Shown here one piece after another: positions 56,767-64,000 of a stretch of DNA of 64,000 nt (its first letter is position 1; every line of letters starts with the position of its first letter). The DNA is from Albugo candida (Eukaryota): contig JBDOQK010000026.1 in assembly GCA_040437565.1 (NCBI GenBank), positions 124,001 through 188,000 on the forward strand, given 5' to 3'. The position numbers were made by a program, and so were the translations under genes. The notes below the pieces were generated by a model, which saw only the letters and a program-made list of their open reading frames with translations, had not been told where the DNA came from and ran no database searches.

Positions 56767-59700
56767 ATGTGTGTCATCCACACAATATTGCATGAGAAAA
56801 TGTCGGACGAGGCGATGATCGACTCGAAGCGCTTATGGCGAATTCTACAGCGTAGACCGACTTTATTTGAGAATTCAGAGACCAATGACCAGAGATCTGA
56901 TACAATAACATTAAAAGTATGGGCTTGGGTGGAAAATGACTCCTCTCTTATTTCTGCCGCACAGGAATTGTATGATCAAATTATGGTACGACCACCTCAC
57001 ATCTGGACAGCAACGACAAGTTCGAATGTACCAGCGCTTGCAACAACAAATTTAACGGAACCGGGCGTGACCTGGGGGATTGTCTCTGTGGTTGCTGCGC
57101 GTCTGGCTGATGAAGGGAAACACCACGTTGAAGGCTGTCAGAACCTTTTACCGTGGCATCTGCATGAAGTTCTGATCGATGCAAATTTAAGTCTCAGCAC
57201 ATTTCTGCAATACTTTTGTAGCTTATTCGACAGATTCGTGCTAGATCCTTGTTTGCGAGAGACTGTGACAAATATGAGGGAGCAGTTTATATTAGTGACA
57301 CTACTTTATGGCAAGTATGAATTCTTCTGGTCTCTGATGACAGAAAATGGTCCATCTAAGGGTGACAAAGATCAGGGAAGACAAGACCTTCTATTCAACG
57401 CTGGATGGCTAATATTCCTAATTGCCAAACGTAAGGCGAGTGTAGAGTATACTGGATTGGGACAGCTTTATCTGTTGCTAGTTGCTAGCGTCCATCTGGT
57501 GATTACAAAACTTTGCAATCCTTCAGTGGAAGCAGAAGTGGTAGCCGCGTTAAGCTCGTTGGGAACATGTTCAGCCGAACGTGATAAGATGTCAGCTCAC
57601 ACAACCAAAGGCTCCTCAAAGAGCCAAAACTCCCGTGTTGATAACGAGCTTGCCGGAGCACAAACAGGGAAAGACGTTATGGCATGCTTGTGTGCCTCAC
57701 CAAAAGTGGACGTTCAGTCCGTTGAGCGAGCATCTCAGCAGTTGGAATTTATTGTTTTGGAGCTTAAATCGCAAGATTTTTTAAGCCCTCCCAAGTCAGA
57801 ACTGGACGCGTTGAATCCTATACTAGCGGTGTTCGACAATCAAGTATTAGCAGAAAACGTGTCCAGCTTGTCCGACCTCTATAAGAAAACGTACTTGAGC
57901 AAAGCAAGTGCATTGGACGAGCGATTTTACCTTGATGCACTCGCACGTGCTGTTATCTTGCCGAGAAGATCCTCTTCAAAAGCAGAAACAATTACTGAGG
58001 GTGCCGTCACGCGAAACGTCAAAATGGTAGATTGTCAGTGGGAGTCTCCTCGACAGGTGCGAGGTCCGGCCCGATCAGGTCGACCACCAACGTCACCGAT
58101 GCCTTCGGTAGCCTCACAGGGGCATGGATGGTTTTCTCCTCCTCCAGTTTCCAACCGAACAGGTAGTTCTACGGCTGGAGCTAGGTCTGATACGATATTT
58201 TCGTCGCCGCTACACCCAGCTCAGACACCAATAACGGCGGCTGTGGAGATAAACAACTGGATTCGTACGAGCTTGTCAAATTCGTACCATACAGGCAATC
58301 CAGCTTTCGAACGTTTACATTACTACTTTGGAGCTTCTTCTACGGATACTAATACTTCAAGCGGTCCAAGTGCTCACATTGCAGAAATACTGGAGGCTTT
58401 GATTGGAAAGCTTTTCGATGCAAGGAAAAGTCAATGGACAAGCTCCCGACGAAGGTCGATCGATCTCACTCGATCTTTAGAAAGACTATCTCCTTCCAGA
58501 AAACAACGCAGATTGAATACAGGCGATTCTTCCAGCATCGTTTCAGAAGACTCATCGCAATCCTATACTGATCAGAATTATTGTGAAGTGGATGGAAGCT
58601 TGCTCAAAACAAAAGAGTATGCGAAAACGCTATTCTATCACGTGCTTCAGTCCATGCTTATTTCGGAAGAAGCTCGACTTGGGACATGTGATTTTACTTG
58701 GCTGCTGCGTAATCACGTATTTCTCTCCGCAGTGTTTGCCTGCAGTCTCGAAGTCATCTTAAAAGCACATAGCTTGATCACATTATCTTTTCCATTTCTG
58801 CTGGAACATTTGGAAGTCAATGTTTTCGATTTCGGATTGTTACTCGAAATTTTTGTGAAACATGTTCCCAAGCGACTACCGTGTGCGTTAAAACGTCATT
58901 TGCGAGACATTGAGCAGATGATCATGGCCTCTTTGGCTTGGGAGTCGAGGTCGGGGTTATACGCAGCCTTGGCATCTGTAAGCCACAACATCGAAGAAAC
59001 TCAAGCAAATTGCGATCGTGGTCAATCAGTACATATGACTGATGCCTCTTGTCTATCTTCCGCATTGGTTATGCCCATTGCTTCTGCAGAAGATATCGAA
59101 GGAAAGCGTTCCGGTGCTACGTCTCGACATGTCACCGTAACATCCCACGGATTACATGTTTTTTTCCGCAAAGTGTTTGCACTGGCAGCTTCTCGGATAT
59201 ATCGGCTTGGTACGATGCTGGGATTGGATCCAAAGATATTGAATCAAGTTTGGACGGCTGTGAAAGAGTGCTTGACCTACCATCACGAGCTGGTGAAAGA
59301 TCGCCATGTGGACCATATCATTTTGTGCAGTTTGTATGGAGTTTGCAAAGTCAATCTGATCAAGCCTGAAGTAACTTTTCGACGTGTCATTGACGTGTAC
59401 AAAAAACTTCAAACTCCTCATTGGGCTATTCATCGACCGGGTACCATTGGAAGTACCGCAAGCGACATGATCCGTCACATACGACTTGTGGACGCATCGG
59501 CCTTTAGTAACTCGTCCGCAGCACCTCGAGAGTCTGTACCACGAGGCGACATCATCAAATTTTACAATAAATGCTTTATAACAACGATGAAGGTATTCCT
59601 GTTGCAATTCCAACTGCAGGACAAGNNNNNNNNNNNNNNNNNNNNNNNNNNNNNNNNNNNNNNNNNNNNNNNNNNNNNNNNNNNNNNNNNNNNNNNNNNN

Positions 59701-60781
59701 NNNNNNNNNNNNNNNNNNNNNNNNNATCCGTCACATACGACTTGTGGACGCATCGGCCTTTAGTAACTCGTCCGCAGCACCTCGAGAGTCTGTACCACGA
59801 GGCGACATCATCAAATTTTACAATAAATGCTTTATAACAACGATGAAGGTATTCCTGTTGCAATTCCAACTGCAGGACAAGCAGGACAAGATGGCGGATG
59901 CGGTCATAAAGGATCATTCGGTATCACTGATCCGAACAGCTGACAAAGATGGATCGCGCGATTCAGCGTCCACATGCGATGCAGACGTGGTTGCGGACGC
60001 TGCAGCAACAGCGGTACAAATGGTCATGCTTGGAAAAGTCACCACTACAGATTCTACAGATAGGCGAAAGCTTACAACTCCAGGATCACCAGAGCAAAAC
60101 CACGCATTTAAGACGGCGAATATCGAAGCTCTACCAGTCTCAGTCCAGCATTCGTCACCTCAGCGCGTACCGGCCNNNNNNNNNNNNNNNNNNNNNNNNN
60201 NNNNNNNNNNNNNNNNNNNNNNNNNNNNNNNNNNNNNNNNNNNNNNNNNNNNNNNNNNNNNNNNNNNNNNNNNNNATGGATCGCGCGATTCAGCGTCCAC
60301 ATGCGATGCAGACGTGGTTGCGGACGCTGCAGCAACAGCGGTACAAATGGTCATGCTTGGAAAAGTCACCACTACAGATTCTACAGATAGGCGAAAGCTT
60401 ACAACTCCAGGATCACCAGAGCAAAACCACGCATTTAAGACGGCGAATATCGAAGCTCTACCAGTCTCAGTCCAGCATTCGTCACCTCAGCGCGTACCGG
60501 CCTCCAACGTATACATGTCGCCTTTGCAGCAAAGCAGACTACATCATCATCGAAATCGTATGACTCCCCGATCACACGCTCTATACGCGTTTGGTGAGAG
60601 CCCGTCTAGGGTACGTTTCCCGTGATCATCAGCACCTGTTTTGCTTGATTCTCTATGGGTGTGATTTTGATTCAAACTCCCTGTTTTATTCTATTTGTAG
60701 GATTTGGCACTTATCAACCGCGCTGTCAATCCAGTAGTTCAGACTGGTTCCAAAAAAGTTTCGACCATCAGAGAGATCTAA
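56767..60781 (+). CDS. RBR: Retinoblastoma-related (pocket) protein
   Basis: RB_A (TPITAAVEINNWI, LFYHVLQSML..EEARL, FACSLEVIL), RB_B (FFRKVFALAASRI, DRHVDHIILCSLYGVCKV, DIIKFYN), NVYMSPL, MTPRS..YAFGESPSR|DLALIN; intron 60611-60700. Two gaps have duplicated flanks; the start may be 56800. Confidence 0.93.
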
Positions 60782-61465
60782 ATGGCCGTTAAACGGGAAA
60801 TGTACTGTCCAACTCACTCTATACGTTTCCGAATTTTCGGAACCTGAAACCGCTACCTACGCCTAGGTGAAACTGATGATCAAGTTGTCCAATCAACATA
60901 TAGCTGAGGTACACGAGTGTGGAATGTCGTGAGTAGGGCAATTTGGCTTGTTCTTTTGTAAAGATGAGCTTATGGCTATCCTCATGTCACTTTCATATTC
61001 AGGATACTAGCATTTAGATTCGAAAGCTTTGTATATCAAACCAAGTAATTACTGTCGCTGATGTGAATCTGAGTAATCCACGTATAAGCTGGACCAAAGA
61101 AAGGGCTATCATTGATTCGAAAGTAACTCGATTACAGGGATACGCTTATTCTTTGTAGCATATCAATTGAAGCGTTTTTCATCACTGAAATTTGCCCCAG
61201 CTCCAAATAACACTAAGTCACTTGCCTAAACGCCACCTAGTCAACAAACTATCACTCAGCTCGGCAACCGGAACTTATTGTACAAACGAATCTATTATTT
61301 TCGCAAGTTGTACTTTTACTGCCTAACGTCAAGTTGTATCCACTCTGTAATCCTCTTAAATTGTAATCGCATCGGCCCTGATTGCGTACAGGACTCTTAA
61401 CCGATCGCATACGTTCGCAAGTTTACTATAAATATTCTAATCAATATTTGGAGCGTGATATCACT

Positions 61466-64000
61466 ATGGCGCATATCATGGATGCAAGAATGATGATGAA
61501 TGTGCGTTCCGTTCATTCATCGAGTTTCAATTCGACTGAAGAATCGGACAATTCTCCGAAACTAATCAATGAATTTGACCAATCACGACCGAATGAAAAG
61601 GAGCTGAAGAAGCGTCCATCGTCTAAGACCTTAGTACAGACAGAAGAATTCAATACTGAAGCTTCAAACGCGTCCAAGTCCGACGAACCACACAAAGGCC
61701 GTAGTAGGTCGCGACGTTCAGGTCATGAACGAGTGCCTTTAAAGGAGACGAAGGCCAACTTGTCAACACCTAATCTGATTGATTTGAAGGCAATGTCCGC
61801 TGAAGTGATTGAATGGGAGGGGTATCTTTATCGGCAACGCAAATTGGTAAAAAGCTGGACGCCGCGTTATGTAACCCTGAAGAATAGAACTGTTGCATTC
61901 TACAAGTCCAAAGCACATGCAATTGCTAAAAGCCCAGTCCGAGGAAAATGGGACATTCGAGAGGTTTCAAGCTCGGTTCCGTCGACTGGATTTGGTGGAC
62001 TGAAATTGCAGCCTGAAACCAATGGATTCACTTTACTTGCCACAGACGACACAACATTACATCTGATTGCATCTTCGTCTTTGGAAAAGTCGATGTGGGT
62101 TCATCATATCAAGCTCGCATTGTCTCGGGTACATCTTAACCGAAAAATAGCGAGAAGTAGAAGAGGTGGTCACACGATTCGACGAACTCAATCAGGTGAT
62201 GATCGAGATAATTCGTCTCTTTTGGACACGACGCTTGACACAGTTGATACTGGCACTCCGAAGAGCTCCAAAAGTGGTGCTAGCGATGACAGAGACCCAT
62301 TTTGCACAACTCTGTCAAATCGATACTTGATCAAGATGATCAACTTACTAAGTGTGACCTGTACCGATGAAATTTCTGAACATTTACCTTCAGCCTTTCG
62401 GCAGCTCAGTAAGGACGTCGAGCTCTTATTTGATATCGAAACCACGGAGGTGAAGCATCCATCATGTATTTTCAAGGGTGTTTATCACGGAAGAGAAGGA
62501 TTTGCACATTTTGTCTGGTTATATCAGAGCAAATACGTACTCGCAAAGGACATGCTTGCCAAGCCGTCACACAAAACCGAAAAAAATGGCGAGTTTCACA
62601 GTTATGTGCTTCCGGATCAGCGGCTGATGAATAACACCTCCGGATCTAAGACCAACGGAAACATAATCCTTCAACTTACATTCACACCGGCCCGTCGGAT
62701 CAATCGAGTCGTGTTCTCGTTCCGGCGAATGCATACGAGCCCTTGTCGACGTCGCCCGAGCGTGAAGAGTATCTCAGTATTTCCGTTGGTACTGGCCGAA
62801 CACCCGCCTTGTTTTCATCAAGCCTACTTGTCCAAGCGATCGTTGGCATTGACATTCTCGGACTTTGATGTAGTGGGAGTTCTAGGGCAAGGAGGGTTCG
62901 GAACTGTCATTCTGGTTCGATTACATCACAGTCCAGAGGAACTATTTGCAATCAAAATCATTGATAAGCACTTGGGGGCTGAGACCGCATTGAAGGAACG
63001 TCGCATATTGAACGGAGTTCATCATCCGTTTTTAGTCTGCCTTCGATTCGCCTTTCAGACGCAAACAAAATTGTACTTGGGAATGGATTACTACAAAGGT
63101 GGAAACTTGTACCTGCATATGCACAGTTCTCACACAGGAGACCCTAATTTGATCACAGGTGGTGGATCACGTTTCTCAGTGGAACGAGCGAGATTTTATG
63201 CTGCTGAAGTTGCTATCGCGCTATCTTATTTGCATTCTTGTGGTATTATTTATCGCGATTTGAAGCCCGATAACGTTATGCTGGACAAAACCGGTCATAT
63301 CCGATTGATCGATTTTGGACTATCAAAGCAATTGCAGTATGAGAACAATCATTACGCACCGACAGGAACACTAGCGGGATCTCCAGCCTACATTGCACCA
63401 GAACAGCTTCTCACGCAAAAACCACGCTACGGAATGGAAGCAGATTGGTGGAGCTACGGAATTCTACTGTACGAAATGTTGACTGGCTCCACACCGTTTG
63501 CAGACAACAACATATCAACCATGTATCGCAAGATTCAATCAGCTCAAATCGTGTATGACTGTCATCCAAAAATGGACCCACTCGCTGTAGATCTGCTTCA
63601 GAATTTGCTTGTACGGGACCCAACAAAGCGGATAAAGATTGCAGAAATTAAAGCGCACCCTTTTTTCAGTCCAATAGATTGGGAACGGCTAGAGATGAAA
63701 GATGTTGATGCTCCTTTCGTCCCTTCAGCTAAACAGCTAATGGATAATGTGCATGCTCATTTCCGCAATATGAATGTGGTAGGAACTCTAGGGGACCGAA
63801 ATCAGCATGCTGGTCGCTCTAAACCAAATAACGCTGGATTATTTCCCAAGAAACCAAGCGGTGCAAATGATTTTTGTCATTTTGATGAATTCAGCTTCAG
63901 CTATGACACAGAACGTGATTCCGCTATCAGTGTCAATATGGCCGACAACGGATGGCTAATGAATCAGCTCCGCCATGGAGCAGAATTACGCGGGATACTT
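61466..64000 (+). CDS. PH-domain AGC kinase (PKB/Akt-like) with inserted NTF2/SnoaL-like segment; runs past the window end
   Basis: Open frame from ATG 61466 to the end, absent from the ORF track. PH motif WEGYLYRQRKLVKSWTPRYVTLK...EKSMWVHHI; kinase motifs LGQGGFGTV, FAIK, YRDLKPDN, DFG, TLAGSPAYIAPE; AGC tail FDEFSF. Confidence 0.9.
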   Translation, partial: MAHIMDARMMMNVRSVHSSSFNSTEESDNSPKLINEFDQSRPNEKELKKRPSSKTLVQTEEFNTEASNASKSDEPHKGRSRSRRSGHERVPLKETKANLSTPNLIDLKAMSAEVIEWEGYLYRQRKLVKSWTPRYVTLKNRTVAFYKSKAHAIAKSPVRGKWDIREVSSSVPSTGFGGLKLQPETNGFTLLATDDTTLHLIASSSLEKSMWVHHIKLALSRVHLNRKIARSRRGGHTIRRTQSGDDRDNSSLLDTTLDTVDTGTPKSSKSGASDDRDPFCTTLSNRYLIKMINLLSVTCTDEISEHLPSAFRQLSKDVELLFDIETTEVKHPSCIFKGVYHGREGFAHFVWLYQSKYVLAKDMLAKPSHKTEKNGEFHSYVLPDQRLMNNTSGSKTNGNIILQLTFTPARRINRVVFSFRRMHTSPCRRRPSVKSISVFPLVLAEHPPCFHQAYLSKRSLALTFSDFDVVGVLGQGGFGTVILVRLHHSPEELFAIKIIDKHLGAETALKERRILNGVHHPFLVCLRFAFQTQTKLYLGMDYYKGGNLYLHMHSSHTGDPNLITGGGSRFSVERARFYAAEVAIALSYLHSCGIIYRDLKPDNVMLDKTGHIRLIDFGLSKQLQYENNHYAPTGTLAGSPAYIAPEQLLTQKPRYGMEADWWSYGILLYEMLTGSTPFADNNISTMYRKIQSAQIVYDCHPKMDPLAVDLLQNLLVRDPTKRIKIAEIKAHPFFSPIDWERLEMKDVDAPFVPSAKQLMDNVHAHFRNMNVVGTLGDRNQHAGRSKPNNAGLFPKKPSGANDFCHFDEFSFSYDTERDSAISVNMADNGWLMNQLRHGAELRGIL

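Noticed and set aside
59152-59613. Antisense ORFs within RBR and other long genes
   Set aside because: Shadow ORFs of real coding strands, with no independent motifs.

Overview
Gene-dense eukaryotic nuclear scaffold with short GT-AG introns. Gene families, compaction and an embedded trnK-trnA-rps14 mitochondrial fragment point to an oomycete, plausibly Albugo (inference, not verified). About 25 protein-coding loci are supported: two inverted WRKY19-like C/H-repeat genes, CPT2, RRP7, RABL3, a bZIP-PAS factor, a FAM172/Arb2-AGC kinase fusion, MTD1-type MTHFD, CAPZA, mitochondrial Lon, a thioesterase, an AN1 zinc finger, a Sec14 protein, an ARM protein, a DUSP12/YVH1-like phosphatase, ATG101, a retinoblastoma-related protein and a PH-AGC kinase that runs off the window. 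Six lipase loci (four Bacillus/Staphylococcus-type, two class 3) surround a transposon island at 34.5-42.1 kb (MITE, Copia, LINE remnant, MULE, possible NUMT). Most 100-N gaps are flanked by duplicated sequence, which is an assembly artefact. The best candidates for something undescribed are unusual domain fusions (FAM172/Arb2 pseudo-hydrolase + AGC kinase, PH-NTF2-like-AGC kinase, bZIP-PAS) and a tandem duplication whose breakpoint joins a lipase in frame to the ATG101 C-terminus. All domain calls come from recognising motifs by eye; no searches were run.
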